In this document: positions 1 to 9,073 of the stretch, in pieces | How positions within the stretch are numbered: the first letter of the stretch is position 1 | Layout of the letters: the number at the start of each line of letters is the position of its first letter | From: Terriglobia bacterium | GTDB lineage: Bacteria > Acidobacteriota > Terriglobia > JAJPHL01 > JAPKYU01 | Reading direction: 5' to 3' | Assembly: GCA_965206645.1 (NCBI GenBank) | Contig: CBDBKE010000004.1 | Span: 1,664,001 to 1,728,000, forward strand | Length of the DNA: 64,000 bases | Notes under the pieces: model-generated | Told to the model about the DNA's origin: nothing | The model's input: only the letters and a program-made list of their open reading frames with translations | The model's database searches: none | Position numbers and translations under genes: made by a program

Positions 1-349
1 GCCGCCATCCCTCAATCAACACCTTCGCTTCCCGCAAGGTGTAAAAGATCTCTCCATTCAGAAACTCGTCTCGAAACTTCCCGTTAAACGATTCTACATA
101 CCCGTTTTCCCAGGGGCTCGCAGGCTCGATGAACAGGGTTTTCACCCCGACCCGTTCCAGCCAGTCCCGTACCAACCGAGCGGTGAACTCGGACCCATTA
201 TCCGAGCGAAGGTAATCGGGAACTCCCCGCTCCACAAACAAGGCTGCTAGCCGTTCCAAAACACTCATCGAATCGGCTCGCCGTTCTACGTCGATCGCCA
301 AACACTCTCGCGTGTATTCATCCACCACCGTCAAGATCTTCAGTGGACG
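1..349 (-). pseudogene. IS3-family transposase OrfB fragment (integrase core), 5'-truncated at the MITE and running off the window edge
   Basis: Manual minus-strand translation: RPLKILTVVDEYTRECLAIDV...LRSDNGSEFTA...FIEPASPWENGYVESFNGKFRDEFLN, typical IS3 rve/DDE motifs. Confidence 0.9.
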
Positions 350-481
350 GTACTGTCAAGTTAAGCAGTTTGGCGGCATTCTCGCCGCCCGCCGCCACCG
401 CTAAGTCATTGATTCTCAGTCTCTGATCCAGCAGAATCCTTCCGCAAAACGGGCGAATTCTGCTCAACTTGACAGTACCGT
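347..481. mobile_element. MITE-like non-autonomous element (~135 bp) with 22-bp terminal inverted repeats
   Basis: ACGGTACTGTCAAGTTAAGCAG (347-368) and CTGCTCAACTTGACAGTACCGT (460-481) are reverse complements with 1 mismatch. No ORF inside, no TSD. Confidence 0.75.
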
Positions 482-807
482 TCAGGATCATCTATTGCCA
501 CGCGTGACGGTGGTAAATCCCATTCGCCAGCCGGCGGTTCGATCTGTGTCGCTTCCCGCTTCGGTCGAGGCTTTTGAAAAAGCCACTCTGTACGCGAAAG
601 TGGCCGGTTACCTGCAATGGATCAAGGTAGACAAAGGGGATCGGGTCAGGAAAGGCCAGGTGCTGGCCTTGATCGAAGTGCCAGAGATGGAGAAGGAGCA
701 CCAAAGCACCAAGGCTGGGGTACTGGAGGCGCAAGCCGCATATGAACGCGCCCAGGCTGACGCCGCGCTCAAGGAACTGACTTTCAAGCGGCTCGCCAAC
801 GTGAAGG

Positions 808-2087
808 TGACCTGCCTGGCGATTTCCGGACCAGCTGAAGCCTGAGAGAATGGCGCCCTCGGAGAAACGAGGGAGCCATGAAGAAGACCCGGTTTACCGA
901 AGAGCAGATGGTGACGATCCTCCGCGAGGCCGATCAGCGGCCCGTTCCGGAGGTGGCCAAAAAGAACGGCGTCAGCGCCCAGACGCTCTACGCCTGGCGG
1001 AAACACTTCGGCACGTTGGAGCCCGCCGATGTGAAGCGGCTGCGGCAGCTCGAGCAGGAGAACGGCCGGCTGAAAAAGATGGTGGCCGATCGAGATCTGG
1101 AGATCGACGTGCTCAAGGAGATCACCCGAAAAAAATGGTAGGCGCACGCGTGCGCCGGCCGCAGGTCGCGTATGCACGTGCACGCGGTCTGTCGGGTCGC
1201 CGCGCGTGCGCCTTGCTCTCCGTCGCACGGTCCACGCTGGGCTACCAGTCGCGGCTGGTCGACCGGGATGCCCCGGCGCTGGCCGCGATGCGTCGTCTGG
1301 CGGCGCAGTATCCGCGGTACGGCTATCGCCGGATTCGGATTTTCCTAAAACGCGAAGGGCACACGATGAGCACGGACCGGACCCATCGCCTCTGGCGCCA
1401 GGCGGGGTTGCAGGTGCCTCGGCGGCGGCCGCGGCGCCGGGTCGCCCTGAGCCGGCCCCGCCCGGTGCCCGCCACTGCGGTCAATCACGTCTGGGCGTAC
1501 GACTTCGTGTTCGACACCTGCGCGAATGGGCAGACGCTCAAGTGCCTCACCGTCGTCGACGAATGGACCCGCGAGTCACTCGCGATCGACGTGGCCGGCG
1601 GCATTCGGTCCGGGCGCGTTATCGAGGTGCTCACGCAGCTCGTGAGCGTCCACGGAGCCCCACGTTACCTCCGGTCCGACAACGGCCCCGAGTTTGTCGC
1701 GGGTGCGATTCTCCGGTGGCTGCTCCAGGCGCAGATCGAAACCGCGCTCATCGAGCCGGGGAAGCCGTGGCAGAATGCGACCGACGAATCGTTCAACGGG
1801 AAGTTCCGCGACGAGTATCTGAGCCTGCAGTGGTTTCGGAACCGCGTGGACGCGAAGGTGGGGATCGAGCAATGGCGACGGCACTACAACGACGTGCGAC
1901 CGCACTCGAGCCTTGGCTATCTGACGCCAGCCGAGTTCAAAGCGCAGCTCCGTGCTGGCTCGGATGACGGTGGGCGCTCGCCGGCGATGCCGGCTCACGC
2001 TGACCAAGAAGAACGCGAGAGCGACTTAACCATGCCGACTGGCGCTGTTCTCCAGTAATCGGTGGTCCGAAGAAAGCCGGCAGGTCA
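808..2087 (+). mobile_element. IS3-family insertion sequence (1280 bp), apparently intact
   Basis: Ends TGACCTGCC...GGACCA and TGGTCC...GGCAGGTCA (TG...CA imperfect IRs). AAGG target duplication at 804-807 and 2088-2091. Confidence 0.95.
878..2058 (+). CDS. IS3 transposase OrfA (878-1141) / OrfB, probably fused by -1 frameshift
   Basis: OrfA MKKTRFTEEQMVTILRE (HTH). A7 run at 1129-1135 before the OrfA stop. OrfB has WAYDF, RSDNGPEF, KPWQNATDESFNGKFRDE. Confidence 0.93.
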
Positions 2088-2913
2088 AAGGAATCCCAAC
2101 CGGAAGTAATTGCCCAGCAGGAGGTGGACACAGCCCGGGCGGCCTATGAGGTTGCGCAAGCAGAGGTGAAACTGGCCAAGGCCAGGATCGGGCTGGCACG
2201 CTCCCAGGTGGAGAGGCTGGAAACCCTGATGGAGTATGCCAAGATCAAGTCACCCTACAACGGGGTGGTCACCGAGCGGTATGTGGACCCCGGCGCCATG
2301 ATCCAGCAGGGGACGAGTTCGGCGGGCGGCGTCTCCCCGGTGGTCAAGGTCGTGAATATGGCCAAGGTCCGCATCTACGTCTACGTCCCGGAACCGGACG
2401 TCCCCTTTGTCGACCGAGGCGATCCGGTCCGCCTGGTCCTGGATGCCTACCCGGGAAGAGAATTCCCGGCGCGCATCACTCGCTTCGCCGGCGCGCTCGA
2501 TCCCCAGACACGCACCATGAAGACGGAGATGGATCTGGCCAACCCTGGCTATCTCCTACGGCCGGGAATGTACGGGAACGCCACGCTGGAATTGGATCGG
2601 GAAGAAGACGCGCTGTTTCTTCCCGCCGAGAGCGTGCGCCAGAACGCCGACGGGAGTCGCTTTGTGTTCACCGTCACTGAGGGCCGCATCCGCAAGGTGG
2701 CGGTCGAGACCGGGTTAGACGATGGAAGGCTGACACAAATCAGGGGCCTGGGAGGAAATGAAACCTGTGTGCTGACGAGCACGGGAAATCTCCAGGAGGG
2801 TTTGGCGGTGACCGCGGTCCAGACCGCGCCCTGATGCAGTCCCACGCCGAGCCGCGCCCGTAAGGGAACGGTCACTCGAGTTACAGCTGACTCAGTCAAA
2901 CAGAAGGAGCACC

Positions 2914-4257
2914 ATGGCCAGGAACATCGTGTTGCTCGTCTTTCTCTTCGCCTCTTGGCTTTCCACTGCTCAAGCCCTGGTGACTCACGCAGCCGATGTC
3001 CCGGCGCAGCAAGCGGGAAACCTCCAGCCGCTTTCGGTGGAGGAGGCGGTCCAGATTGCTCTGGAAAAGCATCCCGCGCTGCGACAGGCCCAAGCTGCCG
3101 TGGAGAGGGCGGAGGCAGAGATCAAACAGGTGCGGGCTAGCTACTTTCCCCAACTGAGCTTGGGTGGCATTGGCAAACTTGGACTTTCCGGGGCCACCGG
3201 CGCGCTGGGGCTGGCGGGCTTTCCCGCCTCACCCTTTTTTCGCAACGTCGCCTACTCGGCCAACTGGTACCAGGCGATCTTTGACTTCGGGCGAACCAAA
3301 CACCGTGTGGCTTCCCGAAAAGCGATGGCCGAGAGTGCCCGGCTGCAAAAAGAAGCAGAGGCAGATCGGATTGTGCTCGCCGTGAGGCGCGCTTACTTTT
3401 CCGTTTTGGAAGCCCAGCGACTGCGGAAGGTCGCCGAGCACACGGTTCGAGAAAGGCGCCTGACCCTGCGGCGGGTCCAGGCCTATTTCCAGGCGCAGTT
3501 GCGGTCAAGGTTGGACGTAAACCTGGCCCGGGCGAATCTGGCCGAAGCTGAGGGAAACTTGGTCCGAGCTAGGAACGCCGTCCGCACGGCCTTCGCTGCT
3601 TTGCAAGCGGCTATGGGGATCGAGCAGCCGCGTTCCTACACGTTGCAGGAACCTGGCCTGGAGATGCTCTCCCTCCCGCCACTGGAACAGTTGGTACAAA
3701 GGGGCATTGCCAGTCGCCCGGACCTTCAGGCGCTAGAAGCAAAGGTAACGGCGCTATTCGAACAGGTTGGTGTGGCCCAGAGCGAGCGTCTCCCGGAACT
3801 CCGTGGCTTCGGGGCCGCGGGACAGGGGCGCTTCCGCGGAACCCAGGTGAAGAAGAACCAGCGGCATGGGGTCGGCGCCCTTGGGGTATTTTTCCCTTTT
3901 TTCACTGGCGGACGGTTGAAAGCCGAAAAACAGGAGGCACGCGCGGACCTGGAGGGCGCACTGGCGTTGCGCGACAGGCTGCGACAGCAGATCCGCTTCG
4001 AGGTAACGAAGTCCTATTATCAACTGCTCGATCTGACCGAACGCATCCAGATCGCGGCCGAACAGAAACGGGCGGCGCAAGAAGCGCTCCTCCTGGCACA
4101 GACGCGCTTCCAGGTGCAGTTGGCCTCCTTCTTGGAGTTGACCACCGCGGAGGTCGTCCTGACCCGGGCGGAAACCAACCACGCCCGAGCCCTGTTCGAT
4201 CATCAGCGGGCCCGCGCTGAGCTGGAGTTTGCTACCAGTCAAAGCGTTGGGCAGTAG
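2914..4257 (+). CDS. TolC-family outer membrane efflux protein
   Basis: Signal peptide and two OEP-like repeats (LSVEEAVQIALEKHPAL...YFPQLSL; RPDLQAL...RLPEL). Follows the MFP gene. Confidence 0.9.
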   Translation: MARNIVLLVFLFASWLSTAQALVTHAADVPAQQAGNLQPLSVEEAVQIALEKHPALRQAQAAVERAEAEIKQVRASYFPQLSLGGIGKLGLSGATGALGLAGFPASPFFRNVAYSANWYQAIFDFGRTKHRVASRKAMAESARLQKEAEADRIVLAVRRAYFSVLEAQRLRKVAEHTVRERRLTLRRVQAYFQAQLRSRLDVNLARANLAEAEGNLVRARNAVRTAFAALQAAMGIEQPRSYTLQEPGLEMLSLPPLEQLVQRGIASRPDLQALEAKVTALFEQVGVAQSERLPELRGFGAAGQGRFRGTQVKKNQRHGVGALGVFFPFFTGGRLKAEKQEARADLEGALALRDRLRQQIRFEVTKSYYQLLDLTERIQIAAEQKRAAQEALLLAQTRFQVQLASFLELTTAEVVLTRAETNHARALFDHQRARAELEFATSQSVGQ

Positions 4258-4413
4258 GCCAGAACCGGGCCCCGGCTCTCGCCATCAAAAGCGAAACTGA
4301 ATCTGGGAATGCACCTTACTGTGCGGCCTTCCCCTTGTTCCAGCCCTGGGCCTGATTTGCCCTCGGTAGGTTGCCGCGCCGGGAGCGAAGGCCTGGTCAG
4401 GCGTGGCCGTGGG

Positions 4414-5358
4414 CTACGCTTTCTTGACCACCTTCTTGTACCACTCGATGTCGGGGCCGGCGAATGGCTTAACGCGGGCCAGTAGTGCGTGCTTCTCGGC
4501 TGGCGGCATCGGTTGGAACTTCATGGCCAGCTCGAGGTTCTTCTCCAGCATGTCCACACGATTCATTCCGGAAATCAGCACTGACACCGGCAACGACCAA
4601 ACGTAGTGCAGGCCCTCGCGCACCGTATGGGCGCGGATCAGGGCCCGTCCCTTCGACAGCGTCTTGAACGCCAGCACGCCCATATTCTTCTCCAATACCT
4701 TAGGCAGCACCTGGTTCTGGAAGCTGTGCCAGTGCGCGTCCACGACGTTGAGGCTCATCATCACCGCGTCCCAGTCATAGCGGTCCAGCATGTCTAGGTG
4801 TACTGCCGGGTCGGTGTGGCCCGTGAAGCCGAGGTAGCGGAACTTCCCCTCTTTTCTGGCCTTCTGGGCCACTTCCATGGCGCCGCCGGGTCCGAAGATT
4901 GTCGCCACGTCCTGAAAGGTTTCCAGATTATGAAACTGCCACAGGTCAATCACGTCGGTCCGCAAGCGGCGCAGGCTGTCCTCCAGTTGTTTCTGAGCGC
5001 CGGCGGCGTCGCGCGCTTTCACCTTCGTCATCAGGAAGACCTTCTGCCGCTTGCTGGGAGCCGCCAGCGCCTTGCCCATACGCTCTTCGCTGAGACCGTC
5101 GTGGTAATTCCAGGCGTTGTCAAAGAAAGTCGCGCCCACGTCAATGGCGTGGTCCATCATTTGCAGCGACTCCTTCTCCTCACGGACCATACCTAGGTCG
5201 TAGCCGCCCAGCCCGATCATAGAGATTTTCTCGCCCGTTTTACCCAGGCGGCGTAGCGCGATGCCGGTGCCCGTGCCGGGCGGCGCCGCGTAGCTCTCCA
5301 AGGCGTGGCGTGCCGCCGCCAACGCAGCAGCCGATTGCAGGAATTCCCGACGGTTCAT
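4414..5358 (-). CDS. Aldo/keto reductase with Tat signal
   Basis: MNRREFL twin-arginine start. RRLGKTG..IGLGG, FFDNAWNY, LMTK, SLRRLRTDVIDLWQFH AKR motifs. Confidence 0.9.
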   Translation of the reverse strand: MNRREFLQSAAALAAARHALESYAAPPGTGTGIALRRLGKTGEKISMIGLGGYDLGMVREEKESLQMMDHAIDVGATFFDNAWNYHDGLSEERMGKALAAPSKRQKVFLMTKVKARDAAGAQKQLEDSLRRLRTDVIDLWQFHNLETFQDVATIFGPGGAMEVAQKARKEGKFRYLGFTGHTDPAVHLDMLDRYDWDAVMMSLNVVDAHWHSFQNQVLPKVLEKNMGVLAFKTLSKGRALIRAHTVREGLHYVWSLPVSVLISGMNRVDMLEKNLELAMKFQPMPPAEKHALLARVKPFAGPDIEWYKKVVKKA

Positions 5359-5637
5359 GAAGGTCTCCTTTTCGATTGCGTGCTTTTCCTGCGCGGCAGT
5401 TTAGTCGTTCGAGGCCCCCATTTTCAACTGCTAGCCCAGAACGAATAGGTCAGCCGGTGGACCCTGGCGGAAACCTCGACGCTGCTCGAAAAAGCACTTC
5501 GATCTGCTGCCGGATTCCTTGGACACCTGCCTTCAGAATCAAGCGTCAGACCATTCGAGCCGATTGGCCGCCGGAACAAGAATACTTCTCCACCGGCCCA
5601 TTTGACGATGGAGTTCGCGCGTATGTCACTAAACAAC

Positions 5638-6866
5638 TGCCAGCTCAACCGGTCGATGCAACACAAGCGTTAAATCGTTCTGCCGGAGTTTCAAACTCCA
5701 GCGTCTGACGGGGCCGTTCGTTCAGCTGACGTGCCACCTTGTTCAGATGCGCCTGAGAGTGCACCGACAAGTCCGTTCCCTTGGGGAAGTACTGTCGGAG
5801 TAGACCGTTGGTGTTCTCATTCGAACCGCGCTGCCATGGACTCTGAGGATCACAGAAGTATACGTCAATGTCGGTCGCCAACGTGAACCGTCGATGCTCG
5901 GCGAGCTCCAGGCCTCGATCCCAAGTCAGAGATTTGTACAGTTCCGTCGGCAGCTTCTTCGCGTGCTTGATGAGCGCCGACACGACCGTCTCCGTTTTCT
6001 TGCTGGATACTTTCGTAAGCATCACGTAGCGCGTATGACGTTCGACCAGAGTCGCAATGTGGCTGTTCTTCGATCCGGACAGCAGATCGCCTTCCCAATG
6101 ACCGGGCACGGCACGATCTTCGACCGAGGCCGGGCGCTCACGGATCGATACGATGTCGGTGATCTGTCCTCGTCCATGGCCTCTCAGACTTGCATGTCGG
6201 GATCGACGAATCGTCCGCTTTGACCGCAGATGCTGCATCAGCTCTGCCTTCAGCGCACCGCGGGCTTGAACAAACAGGCTGCGGTAGATGGTCTCGTGAG
6301 ACACGTGATAGGACGGATCCTTCGGATAGGCTCGTTTCAGCCAGCTGGCGATCTGCTCAGGCGACCAGTTTATGCTGAGCTTTCTGGCCACTACCCGTCG
6401 TAGTTGTGGATGCTTGACCAGCTGACACCGCTTCGGCCGGCGGGCCCTCTCCCCGGCTTGCTCATCGGCCTCCGCTGCTCGATAGTCATTATCGCCGCCA
6501 TTCCGCCGAATCTCCCGGCTCACCGTCGATGGTGAGCGACCCAGCAACCCGGCGATGGATCGTATCGATTGATGTGCCGCAATGCCTCGAGAGATCTCTT
6601 CGCGCTCCGACAACGTCAGTGCCCAACATGAACGGCGTGGTGGCCGAGGACGGATGCCTCCGTACGGAGCAAGCTGATGGTAAACAGACGATGGCTGCTT
6701 ACAAAACACTCGTCCAATCGACTTGAGCGACTCCCCTCGTTTCCACCGATCCCACACCTCCTCCAGTTCCGCCAGCGTGTAACCGCGACGAGCTCTTTGC
6801 TTCATCCGCATACACTCCACCTCCTCCTTTCAAGGCAAAGTGTTGCGTCGATGGGTTGAGACCACC
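5638..6866 (-). mobile_element. IS30-family insertion sequence (~1229 bp)
   Basis: Imperfect IRs CTCAACCGGTCGATGCAACAC (5644-5664) and GTGTTGCGTCGATGGGTTGAG (6840-6860). A 2-bp TSD AC at 5636-37 and 6867-68 restores host codons TAT CTG TTG TTT. Confidence 0.92.
5645..6820 (-). CDS. IS30-family transposase
   Basis: LTLSEREEISRG, GRSPSTVSREIRRN, WSPEQI, VSHETIY, PGHWEGDL, LTWDRG, PWQRGSNENTNGLLRQYFPKG. Confidence 0.95.
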   Translation of the reverse strand: MECMRMKQRARRGYTLAELEEVWDRWKRGESLKSIGRVFCKQPSSVYHQLAPYGGIRPRPPRRSCWALTLSEREEISRGIAAHQSIRSIAGLLGRSPSTVSREIRRNGGDNDYRAAEADEQAGERARRPKRCQLVKHPQLRRVVARKLSINWSPEQIASWLKRAYPKDPSYHVSHETIYRSLFVQARGALKAELMQHLRSKRTIRRSRHASLRGHGRGQITDIVSIRERPASVEDRAVPGHWEGDLLSGSKNSHIATLVERHTRYVMLTKVSSKKTETVVSALIKHAKKLPTELYKSLTWDRGLELAEHRRFTLATDIDVYFCDPQSPWQRGSNENTNGLLRQYFPKGTDLSVHSQAHLNKVARQLNERPRQTLEFETPAERFNACVASTG

Positions 6867-7426
6867 ACAGATATCCCTCGTGGACCCAGATGGGGCCCTC
6901 CGTGAAATGAAAGCCTGCAGCCAACTTTTCAATCTTGATCCCCGTCGGCACGATCGAGTCAAGCGCCGGGTCTGCCCTAACAATTTCACCGATTCCAACC
7001 GGGGCAGGCGGCGGTTCCGTGGGTTGTGGCTGACATCTCGTAAAGAACAAGGCCAGGAGGACGAGGACAATAAAACAGGGCTTGGTCATGCGAACCTCCG
7101 TCCAATGGAGAACGCGCAGATTGGACCACGGCTACGCTTTGAATTTCCAGCACGTGCAACGGCACTTGATCTGCCGCTCAGTCCTTATCCGGCATTTCCT
7201 AGGCAGCCGTAGCGTCGTCGTTGGGCAAAGGCCGGAGTGGGTCGCGCCGGACTGGGCTGTCAACGGCGGCAGAGCTAACAGCACCTGGCCGAGTCGCCAC
7301 GTTGACTTGCCTGCGGGTGGAGCCTAAGATTCCCTTACACTCCGGAAGCATTGCCTGTACACTCCGGCAGTATTGCCTGCAAGAGTCGAAGGGAAAACAG
7401 GCGGCCGGGGCGGTTCATCTTTGTGT

Positions 7427-8794
7427 ATGAAACTAGCCGAAAAGCAGGGCACTAGCATCCGCACCGCTGTGATGCTGGGCGCCGGTGGTGGACACCGCTT
7501 GCGCCAGGTGACGAACGGAAAGCCGAAGTGCCTGGTGAACCTGTTGGGACTCACCCTGCTCGCCCGCAACCTGCGTGCCTTGAAGGAAGTGGGCATCTTG
7601 GATGTCCTCTTGGTGGTGGGCTGCCAGGGCGATGCGATTGAAGAGGCGGTGGGGCAGCTGGATTGCGACGGCCTCAATGTCCGCTGCCTGCCAACTCCCG
7701 ACTGGAGGTTGGGCAATGGGGTCTCCTTGATGCGGGCCCAGGCGGCAGCGAGCGATGAAGCCCGCTTCCTTGTGTTGATGGCTGACCATCTGTTTGAGGT
7801 GAACACGCTGCGTGATTTCTTGCTCCGGGTCCCCGACAATGGTCACGCACATATGCTGGTGGATTTCTCCCCTAACGTCGAAGTGGATAAGGAAGACGCC
7901 ACCTACGTCCGCGTTTCGGATGACGGTGAAGTTTGCGCCATCGGCAAGGGGCTGGAAAGAGACCACGGTGTCGACTGTGGCCTGTTTGTCTTCACCCCAG
8001 CCATCTTTTCGGCTCTGGAAACGTCTTTTGCTGCGGGAGACAATTCTCTTACAGGCGGCTGCCGCTGTCTCGCCGAGCAGCACGGCTTAGCCAACGTCCC
8101 CCTCAGGGAAGGGTCCTGGCAGGACATCGACACCCCGGCCGACTACCAGAATGCCAAGAAGAGACTTCTTACGTCTCTGGCCAGCCCCGGCGACGGCCTG
8201 GTCGCTCGCCACATTAACCGGAAATTCTCGCGCCCCATCACCGCTTGGTTCTCACGAACTGCGGTCACGCCAAATCAGGTAACCATTGCTTCTTTCCTCA
8301 TGGCGCTGGCGGGAGCTGTACTGTTTGCAGTCCGAGAACCGCTATGGGCCGGACTGACCGTGCAACTGGCGTCGATTGTGGACGGCGTGGACGGCGAACT
8401 GGCTCGGCTGAAACTAAGAACGTCGGCCTTTGGCACCCTTTTGGATTCTTTGCTTGACCGCTACGCTGATGGGCTCATCGTGTTGGCGATGGGCTACTAC
8501 AGTTACACGCTCTCGCCCGGCTGGGCCCCGCTCTTAGTGACTGCGGCTGCCCTGTTGGGTGTCCCTCTGTCGATGGCGTTCAAAGATCGCTACCGAATCG
8601 CCTTCGGTTGCTCCTTTACCAGTCAAGCCGACGACGCATGGTCTCGTTATCTTCTGCCCAATCGCGATGGCCGCCTGTTCGTGGCGATGTTGGGTGGGGT
8701 GAGTGGGTTTGTGCTGCCAGCCCTAGCCTTCACCGCCGTAGTATCATACCTGGTCTTTCTACGGCGACTATTGTTATTGCGAGTTGCGAAGTAG
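7427..8794 (+). CDS. Bifunctional NTP-transferase / CDP-alcohol phosphotransferase (IPCT/DIPPS-like)
   Basis: N-terminal LGAGGGHRL..KPKCL, LMADH, VDCGLF, WQDIDT. Linker DGLVARHINRKFS. C-terminal TPNQVT and DGVDGELARLKLRTSAFGTLLDSLLDRYAD. Confidence 0.85.
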   Translation: MKLAEKQGTSIRTAVMLGAGGGHRLRQVTNGKPKCLVNLLGLTLLARNLRALKEVGILDVLLVVGCQGDAIEEAVGQLDCDGLNVRCLPTPDWRLGNGVSLMRAQAAASDEARFLVLMADHLFEVNTLRDFLLRVPDNGHAHMLVDFSPNVEVDKEDATYVRVSDDGEVCAIGKGLERDHGVDCGLFVFTPAIFSALETSFAAGDNSLTGGCRCLAEQHGLANVPLREGSWQDIDTPADYQNAKKRLLTSLASPGDGLVARHINRKFSRPITAWFSRTAVTPNQVTIASFLMALAGAVLFAVREPLWAGLTVQLASIVDGVDGELARLKLRTSAFGTLLDSLLDRYADGLIVLAMGYYSYTLSPGWAPLLVTAAALLGVPLSMAFKDRYRIAFGCSFTSQADDAWSRYLLPNRDGRLFVAMLGGVSGFVLPALAFTAVVSYLVFLRRLLLLRVAK

Positions 8795-8806
8795 CTACTA
8801 GCTTTG

Positions 8807-8872
8807 CAAATCAACATCGGGCTCAACTGGTTCGTGAAGCTGAAGCGCCTCGTCCCCACCGGACAAAAGTGA
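8807..8872 (+). pseudogene. C-terminal relic resembling acidobacterial Ser/Thr kinase-TolB(PD40) proteins
   Basis: Reads QINIGLNWFVKLKRLVPTGQK*, close to the recalled conserved ending INVVLNWFEELKRLVPT. Confidence 0.6.
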
Positions 8873-8886
8873 TCTGTCGTCTGGCC

Positions 8887-8934
8887 TCCGACCCCCGCTT
8901 CCAGGAACTGCTGCGGCGCATGAACTTCCCGCCG
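8887..8934 (+). pseudogene. C-terminal relic resembling acidobacterial kinase/adenylate cyclase-TPR proteins
   Basis: Reads SDPRFQELLRRMNFPP, close to the recalled ending LRSDPRFQDLLRRMNFP. Confidence 0.6.
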
Positions 8935-9073
8935 TCCCTTAATCGGCGACTCTGCCTAGAGGGAGGGTCAGACTTATGCAACCTTGCATATCTCGTAGGC
9001 CCTGCCGCTATTGCACGGTGAGGGTGAAGGTGTTGGAAGTGGCACCGCCGACCGCACCGCAGTGCAGTCCAGC

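Larger units (their letters stand above)
495..2834 (+). pseudogene. Efflux RND transporter periplasmic adaptor (MFP) subunit, interrupted by IS3 and probably N-terminally truncated
   Basis: 495-807 encodes a lipoyl/hairpin region (AKVAGYLQWIKVDKGDRVRKGQVLA). 2092-2834 encodes IKSPYNGVVTERYVDPG...LRPGMY. Removing the IS plus one AAGG restores one frame (LANVK-ESQPEVIAQQEVDT). Confidence 0.9.
5525..7089 (-). pseudogene. SMP-30/gluconolactonase family protein, interrupted by IS30 and 3'-truncated
   Basis: 6869-7089 gives a signal-like N-terminus and IEKLAAGFHFTEGPIWVHEGY. It resumes after the IS as LLFSDIRANSIVKW...GSNGLTLDSEGR, then similarity is lost near 5525. Confidence 0.85.

Noticed and set aside
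7258-7310. TGTCAACGGCGG resembling an IS21-type end
   Set aside because: No partner repeat or istA/istB remnant is visible, and the match is too short.
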